Under the pieces are notes generated by a model that worked only from the letters and a program-made list of their open reading frames with translations, did no database searches and was not told where the DNA came from. A stretch of 64,000 nucleotides of DNA from a virus, in the IMG/VR virus record IMGVR_UViG_3300010412_000003, positions 20,547 to 84,546 of that record; one strand, 5' to 3'. Position numbers and translations under genes: made by a program. Shown piece by piece: positions 30,001-39,413 of the stretch. Each line of letters begins with the position of its first letter. Position 1 is the first letter of the stretch.

Positions 30001-31225
30001 TTCTTTCTATAAGTTTCGGAATTCCACCTGCTTTGTCAAGAAGTTCAAGCATTGAAGTTCCAAGGTCATACATTCTTCCAATTGCTTCTGATGTTACTGC
30101 ATCCTGCCACAAACCTTCCCATGTAGCCTTAAATGTGTTAGCCCTAGCCTCCACACTTTTCATATAAATTTCAAATCTTTCTAATGCTCTTCCAGATGCA
30201 TCTGCTTGCATTTCCTGAAACTCTAAAACATCGTTAAAGTTTTCCATAAGCACAAGGAAGTTTTCTCTTTGCCTGACACCAGCAACAGCAATTGCTATAT
30301 ATGATTTTTCCTTTTGAGACAGAGTTTCCCATTCAAGAGACAATTCATATAAAACATCATCCATATCTCTAAATTGTCCCTTTGCATCAAAAAGAGTTGT
30401 GTTTGTAAATGCTTTTAAAACTTTTTCAACATCAGAAGCTGATTCTCCAACTTCATCCAGTTGGTTTAATTTCAAATTCTGCATACGTGCAAAAAGTGTT
30501 TTAAAAGATTCACCAATACTACCAGCACTCTTTCTTGTTACGCTAGAGACTGTTGCAATATAAGCCACAAGGGTATCAAAATCAACACCTGCCTGTTGTG
30601 CAGAATTTGACGACCTCTTTAATGCCTCTGCCAACTCAGCAACACTTGTTGCGCTTTGATTATCAACCTCAACCAACTTATCTAAAACTGTAATTGCATC
30701 CGTTGCCTCAAGCTTAAAACCATTTAAGATTGATGTTAGATATTCTGTCGCTTGGGCAGACTCCATGTTGGCAAGTTTACTTGCAATCAAACTTGCACGT
30801 ACAAGTTCTTGCGCTTCCTCTGCTGTCTTGCCTTGTCTAAACCACTCCAAAGAACCTTCTGCTACTTCAATCGTGGTAGCACCCATTTCTTTTGCAAGGT
30901 TATTAAATTCAGAAGAGAGTTGACGTATTTCATCACTTGTTTTTCCAGTAACAATTTGGACTGCTGTCATTGACTTGTCAAGGTCTTTGATATACTCAAC
31001 ACCCTTTCTAAGTTGTTGTAATGTACCAAAAACAGCACCTGTTGCCAATGTCCATTCAAGAGTTTTCTTTATTGCATCACCAATACTCTGAGACAAACCT
31101 TTAACATCTTTTTGCGCCTGTTTTGCGCCTATATTAATTTTCTTTTCAGAAATTTTTTTGGTTTGAGATTCTAACTCTTTGGTATCAATTGTTGCTGTAA
31201 AAATTACTTTATATTTATCAACCAT
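27068..31225 (-). CDS. tail tape measure protein
   Basis: TP901-type TMP core (ATT.EVA, W.RQG, G...G.SFKT.FAR), hydrophobic segment, long coiled coil; start at MVDKYK after GGAGG. Confidence 0.92.
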   Translation of the reverse strand: MVDKYKVIFTATIDTKELESQTKKISEKKINIGAKQAQKDVKGLSQSIGDAIKKTLEWTLATGAVFGTLQQLRKGVEYIKDLDKSMTAVQIVTGKTSDEIRQLSSEFNNLAKEMGATTIEVAEGSLEWFRQGKTAEEAQELVRASLIASKLANMESAQATEYLTSILNGFKLEATDAITVLDKLVEVDNQSATSVAELAEALKRSSNSAQQAGVDFDTLVAYIATVSSVTRKSAGSIGESFKTLFARMQNLKLNQLDEVGESASDVEKVLKAFTNTTLFDAKGQFRDMDDVLYELSLEWETLSQKEKSYIAIAVAGVRQRENFLVLMENFNDVLEFQEMQADASGRALERFEIYMKSVEARANTFKATWEGLWQDAVTSEAIGRMYDLGTSMLELLDKAGGIPKLIERIVFFIALLNAELIGTKAIGIITFFQNFWLVLSNLIPILIANISNLGILNGTILTLNGLMSSTAVVGGAVAIAIYSVIKAFQAYNNVVRTAEEGTENLKQQFKDTFAKVAEDTGDDLGALTDTLKTGIEAIESAVGDGIESSFINKELLKLDAFEAFEMQLRKSTTSYEEYLNALRDGAKVLNKNIDEEGRLYAEHEKANGQIERLYSTTLPAYSEELYEAWKAQNALGEETGDMSSFMEEYLENLDGLASGLGEVEEEVKDLRDIFGDLHNSISKTIDISKKSLEGALSIDDIMALSEEYESWVDLLEIEGDIITLNTEKLQKLNVQKAYTAKFEAMMAGASEKELKFYDAYISQLERAIPMSRDYAQFLQDVALQASGLTGSLGGFSEAIGEISRQFEEGELSATQYFDALQRQLSEADFGDLVGEQQQLLFAGLVSDASSSLAQISSMFDAGEMDILSYSEQLIGVMGVFQQLGSVADASGIEVSDSLDQMSNATIQLGELQKLNFEIAKVVQLQATENLRIGTQEFQAYAQNMAQLAFNAGVQVQDLQGNVFSSASQIATWMMQSQENFNSFTQQTAGATGNAISALVMSAGDLLVTLGDAIGQFDAQINFQPVWTGGMTNFPIDAGGLFQTYIGIPTFQLDISGSSTSMQSIGNAISQFGASLQGMASNINLGNDIYNLTQPLNQITGAGGQVTDVYDDLEDAISGATSATNDLADAVEEMRKKQIEALKDQLDSYNKIINKRKQLLDTMVAEKRYQDELQDKQKSIADLQKEILELSLDTSEEAKRRRQELEAQLSEQQQELETFQFEHAVDQQQAMLEEERQRFEDQIANAISIIENIQADNVQQFINKLREALGYIPTQQSTPAPSSAIQSADAMIANQALSTAMGGSSMSGAFASAGDALANLTLTGTPRIVTKEVNFSVEKLMEINVAGNLDENVVPDIEKISQQVIDKINQIMNLRGFTRSAGSYSI

Positions 31226-31241
31226 AGATTCCCCTCCTTTC

Positions 31242-31285
31242 ATACGATATTAAATACGATGTTAATATTAAGTTAATATCGTATT
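31242..31285. repeat. three 12-bp elements (two direct, one inverted) with 7-bp spacer; candidate recombination site
   Basis: ATACGATATTAA-ATACGATGTTAA-TATTAAG-TTAATATCGTAT. Confidence 0.6.
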
Positions 31286-31293
31286 AAGTATAT

Positions 31294-32307
31294 TTATATA
31301 AATGCTTCATCTGCATTATCTTCTTCATCCCTAATTACATAAATCTCTGTGGTTGCAGAACTTTCATGTCCCAATAATTTTTTAGCAACCTCAATATCTT
31401 TGCCTTGTTCAACAACCAATGTAGTTGCTCTTGTTTCTCTAATCAAATGTGGGTGAACTCTTCTGCCAACAATTTCTTCAAATATTGTCCTGCACCACAA
31501 GTTAAAAGTTTCAACAGATATTCTCTTTGCAGTATCAGAACTTCCAGAAATAAAAACATACCTGCAATTATCATTTCCACGAAAATCTATCCACTTTCTG
31601 ATTGACTCCATAGCATCTTCATCAAATGCAAGTTGTCTAATCTTCCCTTCCTTAGAAGAACCTTTACAACGTATATCATGTGTCAAATAATATTTTGAAG
31701 TCCTTTCCTCTAAAACACCATCTTCATTTAAAACACTTATTGTTTTAATTTTTGGCTCATAATCAACGACCTCTTTTAATAGTTGTGCAACCTCTGATCT
31801 TCTAGCACCACTTGAAAAAGAAAATTTCAAATATGCCAAGTGTTGCCACAATCCTCTTTTTTCAAGTTCATTGCAAAGGTTTTTATATTCTTCAATTGTA
31901 AGAGGTTCTTTTTTGTTTACAAACTTCTGCTTTGGAGCAGGAATACCCTTGCTTACATAGTTTCTAAACGTGGGGTATTCATCTTCATAAAAAACCTCAA
32001 TATAATTATTCAAACTTGAAACGGCACTTCTCTTAAGTCTTATACCAGAAGAGGACATTCCCAATTTGGTTAAATAATTTTGATAAAACAAAAAGTCCTT
32101 ACTTCTAATTTCATAAAATTTTTTATTGCCCCTATTTTCATAAACCCAATAAAAGAAAATTCTTAATGCAGATGTATATTGCTTAAGGGTATGATCACTT
32201 AAATGAATTGATTGTTCTAAATATTCTTCAACAATCTTTCTATTTTCAGAATCAACCAAAGACCATTTTTCATCTGTAATTTCTTCCATCTTTGTTCTTT
32301 TCGCCAT
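31294..32307 (-). CDS. tyrosine recombinase/integrase (XerC-like)
   Basis: SGARRSE, K, HLIR, LLGH, Y catalytic set; N-terminal SAM-like domain. Confidence 0.92.
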   Translation of the reverse strand: MAKRTKMEEITDEKWSLVDSENRKIVEEYLEQSIHLSDHTLKQYTSALRIFFYWVYENRGNKKFYEIRSKDFLFYQNYLTKLGMSSSGIRLKRSAVSSLNNYIEVFYEDEYPTFRNYVSKGIPAPKQKFVNKKEPLTIEEYKNLCNELEKRGLWQHLAYLKFSFSSGARRSEVAQLLKEVVDYEPKIKTISVLNEDGVLEERTSKYYLTHDIRCKGSSKEGKIRQLAFDEDAMESIRKWIDFRGNDNCRYVFISGSSDTAKRISVETFNLWCRTIFEEIVGRRVHPHLIRETRATTLVVEQGKDIEVAKKLLGHESSATTEIYVIRDEEDNADEAFI

Positions 32308-32319
32308 ACAAACCTCCAA

Positions 32320-32763
32320 TTAAACTTCTTTTAAAACTATCTCTAACCTTGGATGATTCCTATCATATTCAAATGGTTTAATATGAATATAAAGATGTTT
32401 ACCATCATCATCAACCATAACACCAGAATCAACAAGTCCATCATTGATAAATTTTGGTGTCATGATCATATTGTCCATATCTCTTCTTCTATTATCACCA
32501 AAGTAAAATGTATATTCCATTTCTACATTGGTCATATTAAGATTTTCGATTCCATAAAAGCTCGACATCCATTTTGCAAATTCTTTATATTTCTGTTTCA
32601 CAGAATTTTGAACCATTCGCTTCATGGCTATGAAGGCATTTAGACTTGGTGGAAAAACACCCTTGATTGGTTTTACCTTTCTTCTTGGATAGGTCTCAAA
32701 ATAACACTCATGATACAAGTCTATTAACTCTTGATCTATTGTCAAATAAAATTTTCTTTTCAT
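32320..32763 (-). CDS. RusA-like Holliday junction resolvase
   Basis: PSLN, RRRD.DN...K...DGL...G...DD. Confidence 0.8.
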   Translation of the reverse strand: MKRKFYLTIDQELIDLYHECYFETYPRRKVKPIKGVFPPSLNAFIAMKRMVQNSVKQKYKEFAKWMSSFYGIENLNMTNVEMEYTFYFGDNRRRDMDNMIMTPKFINDGLVDSGVMVDDDGKHLYIHIKPFEYDRNHPRLEIVLKEV

Positions 32764-32832
32764 TTTTGATTCTTTCTTAATTTATTTTTAGTCTATTTTT
32801 AATTTAGTCTTAACTAAATTTTTAATAAAGGT

Positions 32833-32868
32833 AAAAAAAAGAGGGATGGGAAATTTATCCCATCCCTC
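32833..32868 (-). terminator. intrinsic terminator
   Basis: GAGGGATGGGA/TCCCATCCCTC stem with U8 tail on - strand. Confidence 0.85.
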
Positions 32869-32884
32869 AAAATAAAATACTTAG

Positions 32885-33073
32885 TTAAGCAACTGGTTCT
32901 TTGGTAAAGAAAATTCTGATAATAATATTTGCAATACCAACCAACAGCATGAAAATACCATTCACAGAAAGATCACCACCATTAAGAAACTCAATCACCA
33001 ACTGTACAATACCAGCCAATGCGGTCAAAATATTCAACCACACAGTTTTAGATTCAAACCATCTCTTAAACAT
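32885..33073 (-). CDS. putative holin (two TM helices)
   Basis: 62 aa, SKT.W.N motif, two hydrophobic segments. Confidence 0.55.
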   Translation of the reverse strand: MFKRWFESKTVWLNILTALAGIVQLVIEFLNGGDLSVNGIFMLLVGIANIIIRIFFTKEPVA

Positions 33074-33087
33074 AATTTCAAACTCCT

Positions 33088-33657
33088 TTAAATTTTTTTA
33101 ATTTGTATTCCAAGTGAACTTCCAATTTTTGCAAGTTCTTTTCTTGTATAAATTTCCAAACCCCTTTGATCAAACATTTTTTTCATTGTTCTATCCCAAT
33201 AGGGTTTCACCCTTCTAGCCAACCAGTGACTTGAAGTAAATCCATCTTTGTTCAAATATTCATCCAACATACTTCTAACATCACCCCAAGAGCTTTCGTT
33301 GCCATGTTTATACATGCCATCAGAGCCATCATATTCCATGCTTTGCCAATCATAAATCATTTTTGCAATAACTGACTGTGCTGTAAATTGAAGGTCTTTC
33401 CACTTAAAAGCCTCTAAAAATTCAAAAGAGGGTTGTCGTGTGCCACCCAAATACCAAGCTACACCACCAGAATATCTTGAAACAGTTCCATCTTTTTTTC
33501 TTCCGACTGGTCTTGCTTCATCACTCTGATAGGCATATTTCAAAATATTTTCCCTTAATTCTGCCAGAAAGTATTTGGTTGCTTTGTCAATCACTGGTTC
33601 TAAGATTTGTTTCCTCATAAACATTTGCACCGCAAATGTATTGCTTAGTCCACCCAT
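33088..33657 (-). CDS. hypothetical morphogenesis-module protein
   Basis: operonic within tail module. Confidence 0.55.
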   Translation of the reverse strand: MGGLSNTFAVQMFMRKQILEPVIDKATKYFLAELRENILKYAYQSDEARPVGRKKDGTVSRYSGGVAWYLGGTRQPSFEFLEAFKWKDLQFTAQSVIAKMIYDWQSMEYDGSDGMYKHGNESSWGDVRSMLDEYLNKDGFTSSHWLARRVKPYWDRTMKKMFDQRGLEIYTRKELAKIGSSLGIQIKKI

Positions 33658-33878
33658 TTTTCATCAAACCCCCTAGTGATTTTTCTATTTATTCTCTCTT
33701 TTTTCTCACTCTTTTTTCTTTTTTGCTCTTCTAAAATGGCGAATATTTCATCATCATCTACTTCAACTTTGCAGGTTGGGCAAATTATAATTTCCTCACC
33801 CTCGTAACTATTAACTTGCAATTGCGTAGAGCAAGTTGGACATTTATTTTTTAGAGTTTTTAATTTCTTTCCAAGCAT
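33645..33878 (-). CDS. Zn-ribbon protein
   Basis: CPTC...CPTC. Confidence 0.6.
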   Translation of the reverse strand: MLGKKLKTLKNKCPTCSTQLQVNSYEGEEIIICPTCKVEVDDDEIFAILEEQKRKKSEKKERINRKITRGFDEKWVD

Positions 33879-33883
33879 TTTAC

Positions 33884-34468
33884 TTACTTTCTGTTAGCAT
33901 CCTCAATGATTTGCCCAACAGGAGAATCTTTAAGGGTTTCACCAACCTGCTTTATGCTTTTAGTTAAGGATTCAAGAGATTCTTCCGTACCCTCTTCTGA
34001 AATTCTTTCAACAAAAGCTATAATAGAATTAATAAGGCTTTGTAGTGCCTTTTCAAAAGAGTTCTTCATGAGCATTTCGTTTTTGTAATTATCAACAGCA
34101 ATCATAATATTACCAATAACATCATGGTAGTTTTCAATGGCATATGTAATTTCTTCCCACAAGCCACTTGCAAGAAAACCATCAAGATCAAGAACGAAGT
34201 TTCCCTCTTCATCAAAAACCATAATGTTAGTATATTTGTCAACGACCTCCATTGTAAATGCATGTTCAGCACCAAAGTAATTCCAACCAGATAAAAACAT
34301 TTCTGTTTCAACTTCTTCTGAAAGAAAATATGTCTCCATATATTTTGATGCTAAAACTAACATATCTTGATATGGAATATATCGAAATACTTTGATTTCC
34401 TCTCCCCCAAATTTTCCATCCAATGTTTTCAATTCCTGCTTCTGAAAACTTAACTTTTTTTTCTCCAT
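33884..34468 (-). CDS. hypothetical protein (possible tail assembly chaperone)
   Basis: acidic helical ORF downstream of the major tail gene. Confidence 0.55.
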   Translation of the reverse strand: MEKKKLSFQKQELKTLDGKFGGEEIKVFRYIPYQDMLVLASKYMETYFLSEEVETEMFLSGWNYFGAEHAFTMEVVDKYTNIMVFDEEGNFVLDLDGFLASGLWEEITYAIENYHDVIGNIMIAVDNYKNEMLMKNSFEKALQSLINSIIAFVERISEEGTEESLESLTKSIKQVGETLKDSPVGQIIEDANRK

Positions 34469-34521
34469 TGTTTAAAAATTCTCCAATTTAATTTAATAAA
34501 AACAATATTTTATTATGTGGA

Positions 34522-35004
34522 CTATTTGTTGCCCACTTCCGCTATAATACCAATTATCTTTTCAATGCCTTGCCATATTGCTACCAAAATACTCCCACCA
34601 AATAATGCTGGAACTCCCTTTTCTTTAATAAGAGATAAAATATCAATCTTACCTCTATCTTCAAGTTCATCAATTTGTGTTTTAACTTCATCAATTGCCT
34701 TCCCAACATTATTTTCTAACCCCGAAAGTCTTTGTGATAGGTTTCCCTCAATCTCTGCTGTTTTAGCTGTTCCTGCAACGATCTCAGATCGCATTTCGGT
34801 CATAGCAATTCTCATGGACACAATAGCCTCAGATAACTCTTTTTGTATTGCGACAGAACCTTCATGGATTTCATTTGATCTTTCTAAGTACGCACCAAGA
34901 ATGCCAACAGATTTTTCCAATTCAGAAATGTCTTCTTCTATTTTGCCAACTCTATTTTCAAGACTAATTAATCTGCTATCTTCTGCCACTATGTCACCCT
35001 CCAA
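34522..35004 (-). CDS. coiled-coil protein with C-terminal membrane segment
   Basis: heptad pattern plus hydrophobic C-terminus. Confidence 0.6.
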   Translation of the reverse strand: MEGDIVAEDSRLISLENRVGKIEEDISELEKSVGILGAYLERSNEIHEGSVAIQKELSEAIVSMRIAMTEMRSEIVAGTAKTAEIEGNLSQRLSGLENNVGKAIDEVKTQIDELEDRGKIDILSLIKEKGVPALFGGSILVAIWQGIEKIIGIIAEVGNK

Positions 35005-35011
35005 AACAAAA

Positions 35012-35206
35012 TTATACTTCTATAGTGTCTCCAACTTTGTATTTTTTGCTGTCTGTGATTTGCATCCATACATTACCCTGTTTTGTTTTATAAACAAGAT
35101 ATTTTTCAGCAACAAGAATTATTTCATATTTGCTTTTTAAAGACTTTGGCTTCTTTTTTGGCAAATCCTTCTTATCACCTTCAACAACATTTTCTTCATC
35201 AACCAT
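35012..35206 (-). CDS. hypothetical protein
   Basis: AGGAG RBS. Confidence 0.55.
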   Translation of the reverse strand: MVDEENVVEGDKKDLPKKKPKSLKSKYEIILVAEKYLVYKTKQGNVWMQITDSKKYKVGDTIEV

Positions 35207-35221
35207 AAAATGATCTCCTAA

Positions 35222-35255
35222 ATTATAGGGGTGTGTAGAAACACACCCCTATAAT
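35222..35255 (-). terminator. hairpin after major tail gene
   Basis: 15-bp perfect inverted repeat ATTATAGGGGTGTGT. Confidence 0.75.
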
Positions 35256-35269
35256 ATTTGTAATAAAAA

Positions 35270-36295
35270 TTAGCTGGCAGTTACAACTACATTAGCATCA
35301 ATCGTTGCCTTGGCAGTGATAGAGGCTTTTACAACTGCTGTTCCAGAAGAAACATAGGTCACAAGACCACTGGAAACTGTTACAACAGCAGGTGTATCTG
35401 ATGCCCATGTAATATCCGCATCAGGTGGAATAAATGGCGCACCAGTTTGCGGAACGGCATAAAGCACAAGTTGCTTAGTGCCACTTGCAATGGTGAAATC
35501 CCCACCCTGAATCGCAAGAGCAATAACTTCGTCATACCAGTTTGCACCATTAATAACTTCGATGATCTTTGCATATACAGGTTCATCAGTACAAGCACCT
35601 GTAGCAAGTTCATCAGATGCCAAAGCTCTAGCAGACAAAGGGGTAGACGACACACCATCTGCTGTCATTGAAATGCTGAAAGCACCAGTCAATGAAGCTT
35701 TTGGAACAATAATTTGAACCTCACCAATAACATTGGTTGCCGAATCCGAACTGTTCAATTGTGCAACCATAACCAGCCTTACAATGCTAGGAATAACATT
35801 AGCTGGAATGGTCACAGAACGAGCAGATGAATCCAAGGCGTAATATCTCACACACACAACATCATTTTCAGCACCAACGCCAGAAGTGAAGTTAGAGCCA
35901 GAGAATGTCACTCTTTCAACCGTACCATCTTGGAAAGTTACCCAACCATAGATGGAAGCACCTTGAATAGCCAGTGGTGTTCCAGTAACTGTACCAGTTG
36001 CACCAGCCCCCAATGTAATCGTTTCCTCAGTATAAATGTTAGAACCAGTTGCAATCTGTGCGCCCACAGAGTTAGCTAACAGGTCAAGATTCCACTGAGC
36101 ATCAGTGAGATTGATAGTTAATTCAGCAGTGTTATAATACACATATTGAAGCTGATTACCTCTACCAGCACGAACATCTGTGTTGCCAACGCTCGTTTCA
36201 ATCGAGCTATCAAGTAGAGTTTTCGCACTAAACAAAAGCACATCATTTTCATCATACGCATACACATCTGCAACTGACGTTAAAAATTTTCTCAT
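35270..36295 (-). CDS. major tail tube protein with C-terminal Ig-like domain
   Basis: RAGRGN.L.Y.Y motif, Big_2-like C-terminus, strong RBS, followed by a hairpin. Confidence 0.8.
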   Translation of the reverse strand: MRKFLTSVADVYAYDENDVLLFSAKTLLDSSIETSVGNTDVRAGRGNQLQYVYYNTAELTINLTDAQWNLDLLANSVGAQIATGSNIYTEETITLGAGATGTVTGTPLAIQGASIYGWVTFQDGTVERVTFSGSNFTSGVGAENDVVCVRYYALDSSARSVTIPANVIPSIVRLVMVAQLNSSDSATNVIGEVQIIVPKASLTGAFSISMTADGVSSTPLSARALASDELATGACTDEPVYAKIIEVINGANWYDEVIALAIQGGDFTIASGTKQLVLYAVPQTGAPFIPPDADITWASDTPAVVTVSSGLVTYVSSGTAVVKASITAKATIDANVVVTAS

Positions 36296-36312
36296 TTAGC
36301 AATCCTCCTAAA

Positions 36313-37074
36313 TTATTTTTTTTGGTTCTCAAAATTAACTTGGCTTTGAATTTCATCAAGACCAATTGTTACACCTGCAAGCTTATCTTTATCCAAGTCT
36401 GCAAGCCAATGTTTTATAAATTTTTCATCTTTAAATTTTACCATTCCACTCATAGAAGCAGTAAGATAAATTTGATAATGAAGTTTATGATCTAGTCTTT
36501 CTATAATTTTGTTAAATTTTCGAATGCTTAGATTATAAATATCATCTATTTTAAAAGATGTAGAAATTAGAACAGCAACAACTAAGTCTTCAAGAGAACC
36601 CATTTTTGTTTGACTCATTTTTGCTTTTAGACGTTTTGCTTCCTCCATCTTGTCTCTAATTTCTTTTTGAATTGTTTCATCTGGTATCTCTACCATATTT
36701 TGTTCACAGATTATCAGCTTTATATTTTCAAAATCATCACTATCATAAGTTATTTTATCAACTAAGAATATTGGTTTAACATTTTCATTAAACTTAAGTT
36801 CAATTCTTGAGGAATCAATTCTTAAAACCATTGCCAAAAGTTCTTTAAACAATAATGCATATGGATTATCTTTTGTCGTATAACGATAAAGATATTCTAA
36901 ATATGTCATTGTAATAATTGAAACATCTGGAATGCTATTTTTTTCCATTAAAATTGATTGTACCAAAAAATAAAACTCATAATAATTATTCATTAAAGCT
37001 GGATATATTTTCAATCCTTTATATTCAACAGGAAGGTCGAATACAAGGTTTTTTTCGTAAACAGATTTTTCCAT
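36313..37074 (-). CDS. tail-module protein (SPbeta-like conserved)
   Basis: start placed at MEKSVY; SIRKF and HW motifs; position. Confidence 0.6.
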   Translation of the reverse strand: MEKSVYEKNLVFDLPVEYKGLKIYPALMNNYYEFYFLVQSILMEKNSIPDVSIITMTYLEYLYRYTTKDNPYALLFKELLAMVLRIDSSRIELKFNENVKPIFLVDKITYDSDDFENIKLIICEQNMVEIPDETIQKEIRDKMEEAKRLKAKMSQTKMGSLEDLVVAVLISTSFKIDDIYNLSIRKFNKIIERLDHKLHYQIYLTASMSGMVKFKDEKFIKHWLADLDKDKLAGVTIGLDEIQSQVNFENQKK

Positions 37075-37075
37075 G

Positions 37076-37639
37076 TTAACCTGACTTTGACGACATAAAT
37101 ATCTGTTTCCCCTTGAATGGAAGCTGACCAATTACGGAAAGTCTAGGTTGTTGACTTGTTAGCCTATCAAAAAATAACTTTCCAACAAGACCATCAATTT
37201 CAACCCCATTAAATGTTTTTAACAACTCTGTAGTAATAACATCAACTCTTGTTTTGTAGTTGCTAAGAGTGTTCATTTTATAATGAGAATATACCTCAAG
37301 ACTTACTGATACAGTTCCAACAGTTCTATTTTCTGGAAATATAACAATTGGAGAAATTCTCAAAATGCAATCTTCCCTTGTATGAACATCTGGACTTCCA
37401 TCATCTATAAAAACATTATATTTACTGGAATCATCTTGACCAGCATATATCAAACCACCTTTTTGCTCAAAAGTTAAGTTCGCATGTTTCCAAGCATCCC
37501 TATCATGATAAAAAAGAAGTTTCCAAATCATTTCATTATTCGCAACAAGATGTGAAACCATATTGTAAGCAATGCTATCGAAATGCTCATATAAGTTATA
37601 CCCAATTCTTGAATCATCAACATAATCTACCATTACCAC
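37076..37639 (-). CDS. putative tail terminator/neck protein
   Basis: position between head-closure and tail genes. Confidence 0.55.
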   Translation of the reverse strand: MVMVDYVDDSRIGYNLYEHFDSIAYNMVSHLVANNEMIWKLLFYHDRDAWKHANLTFEQKGGLIYAGQDDSSKYNVFIDDGSPDVHTREDCILRISPIVIFPENRTVGTVSVSLEVYSHYKMNTLSNYKTRVDVITTELLKTFNGVEIDGLVGKLFFDRLTSQQPRLSVIGQLPFKGKQIFMSSKSG

Positions 37640-38913
37640 ATACCTCTAAGTTCTATTTCAAAATTTTTGATATGAATTCCAGAAGTACATTGAACAGTTA
37701 GAACATCATCTAAATATTTTTCTATATTATAAATGGAAAAATTATTTCCATCAATAACATTGAATTCATAATTTTCAGATGGAACTGTTCCAGAATTTAG
37801 AACAAAAGAAAATGTGTCTGCTTGTATAGCACCATTAAGATACAAACTAGCAGAAAATACTTTTGTGTCTGTCTCAAGAACGTAATTCTGATTTGGAGAA
37901 ATAACAACTTGATATTCATTTACTGGTGCTACAGTCACAGATATAGCGCATGTATCAAAAACATATGAATTATTTGCAATTGAGCATGTAATTGTGCAAC
38001 TTCCCTCAGAAACAAATGTAACTAATCCATTACTATCCACTGTTGCAATCTTTGCATCAGAAGAAGACCAAGATAATGATTTTTCAACTGTTTTTCCATT
38101 CAGTGTTACAACAGAATAGAGTTGAATTTGATCTGATGGATTTCCACTCAAAGAAGAATTTGATAACTCAAGAACATATGTGTTATCATTATATTCAGCA
38201 ATTCCATTAACCAGATCATCAGTGTCTGGATTGACATAATCTGCATTTAATGTAAGAATTAAATATCCAGCCAATGTATTGCTATCAAGTGTAGACAAAT
38301 TATTAAAATTTTCTATACCACCACCCATGACTCTATATGCTGTCCAATTATTCGGATTGCCAAATAAAAATCTTTGATTTGCTTGAATTGTGTTTGTATT
38401 AGAATTTAACTGTGTAGCTATTCTTAACATACCAGATGGACTAACCACTTTAGAGCCAGCAGTTGCATAGTCCCTGTTTTCCTTAATTCCATAATCAATA
38501 GCACATGGATAAGAAAAAACAGCACCATCTTCCGTTACCCACCTTAGAAGATTATTGCACCTTCTTACAACAGCACTGGTATGAAGACTTGACTTGCTTG
38601 TAATATTTATAACAATCCAATAATTATCATCAAAAATATAATACCAACCAAGTGACACTTGATGGTCTATGTCCTTAAATAGCAAAACCTTATAATCATC
38701 ACCTTGAGGCATACCAGTTCTTCCAAAAACAACATTGTTGATTCTAACATCAATTTCTTTATATTCACCAGATGCAAATTCAGTTTCCTCTTGTATTGTG
38801 TACCAATCAGAAGACCTATAAAATAATTCATCAACTGCCTTCTGGTATGCCTCTCTTTTTTGATCTTTTGGAGTTTGAGATAAGTAACTGTTATAAGCAT
38901 CTAAATATTTCAT
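37633..38913 (-). CDS. head-closure/neck protein with Ig-like domain
   Basis: RRCNN.LRW; Big_2 motif WSSSD.KIATVD..GLVT. Confidence 0.7.
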   Translation of the reverse strand: MKYLDAYNSYLSQTPKDQKREAYQKAVDELFYRSSDWYTIQEETEFASGEYKEIDVRINNVVFGRTGMPQGDDYKVLLFKDIDHQVSLGWYYIFDDNYWIVINITSKSSLHTSAVVRRCNNLLRWVTEDGAVFSYPCAIDYGIKENRDYATAGSKVVSPSGMLRIATQLNSNTNTIQANQRFLFGNPNNWTAYRVMGGGIENFNNLSTLDSNTLAGYLILTLNADYVNPDTDDLVNGIAEYNDNTYVLELSNSSLSGNPSDQIQLYSVVTLNGKTVEKSLSWSSSDAKIATVDSNGLVTFVSEGSCTITCSIANNSYVFDTCAISVTVAPVNEYQVVISPNQNYVLETDTKVFSASLYLNGAIQADTFSFVLNSGTVPSENYEFNVIDGNNFSIYNIEKYLDDVLTVQCTSGIHIKNFEIELRGMW

Positions 38914-38915
38914 TA

Positions 38916-39374
38916 TTAAACTCCAAACTCACCACTTGCCCATGAAGACCAATCAACCTTTCTAAATTGATAATCAACAAGCATTTGCGAACATTCTTCT
39001 GTTAACATAATAAGGAAATCTTGTTTTGATTTTAAATTTTGTGCCTCAGAGTAATGTTTGAAATCACGATCTGTAAGATTTAAATTCATTTGCAAAACAT
39101 CTTTTACTTCTTTGGCTAACCAAAACTTAACCATATATTTAGATAAAATGATCTGATTCTCTTCATCCAAATCAAAGCTAAAAGTTCCATTTGCATCATC
39201 CCTGTCAGTCAAATCTTGAGTGCAGTTATGAACAAATTCACCTATTGCCAAAACAAGAAATCCCTGTAAATATGTTTCAAAATCTGTGTCAGATAGGTTA
39301 TATAAATCAACAAGCGAATAATCTTTTATTTGTTGCATAAACAGATCATATACATCCGTATAAGGTGTTGCCAT
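38916..39374 (-). CDS. head-tail adaptor protein
   Basis: MATPY..VY..F, F..DL..E...IL, DFK.YS.A; position. Confidence 0.65.
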   Translation of the reverse strand: MATPYTDVYDLFMQQIKDYSLVDLYNLSDTDFETYLQGFLVLAIGEFVHNCTQDLTDRDDANGTFSFDLDEENQIILSKYMVKFWLAKEVKDVLQMNLNLTDRDFKHYSEAQNLKSKQDFLIMLTEECSQMLVDYQFRKVDWSSWASGEFGV

Positions 39375-39413
39375 ATATATCTCCTAACTAACATATTTAA
39401 AATATGTTATATT

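Noticed and set aside
34517-35140. 207-aa + strand ORF
   Set aside because: Antisense shadow of two RBS-bearing minus-strand genes in a uniformly minus-strand operon.
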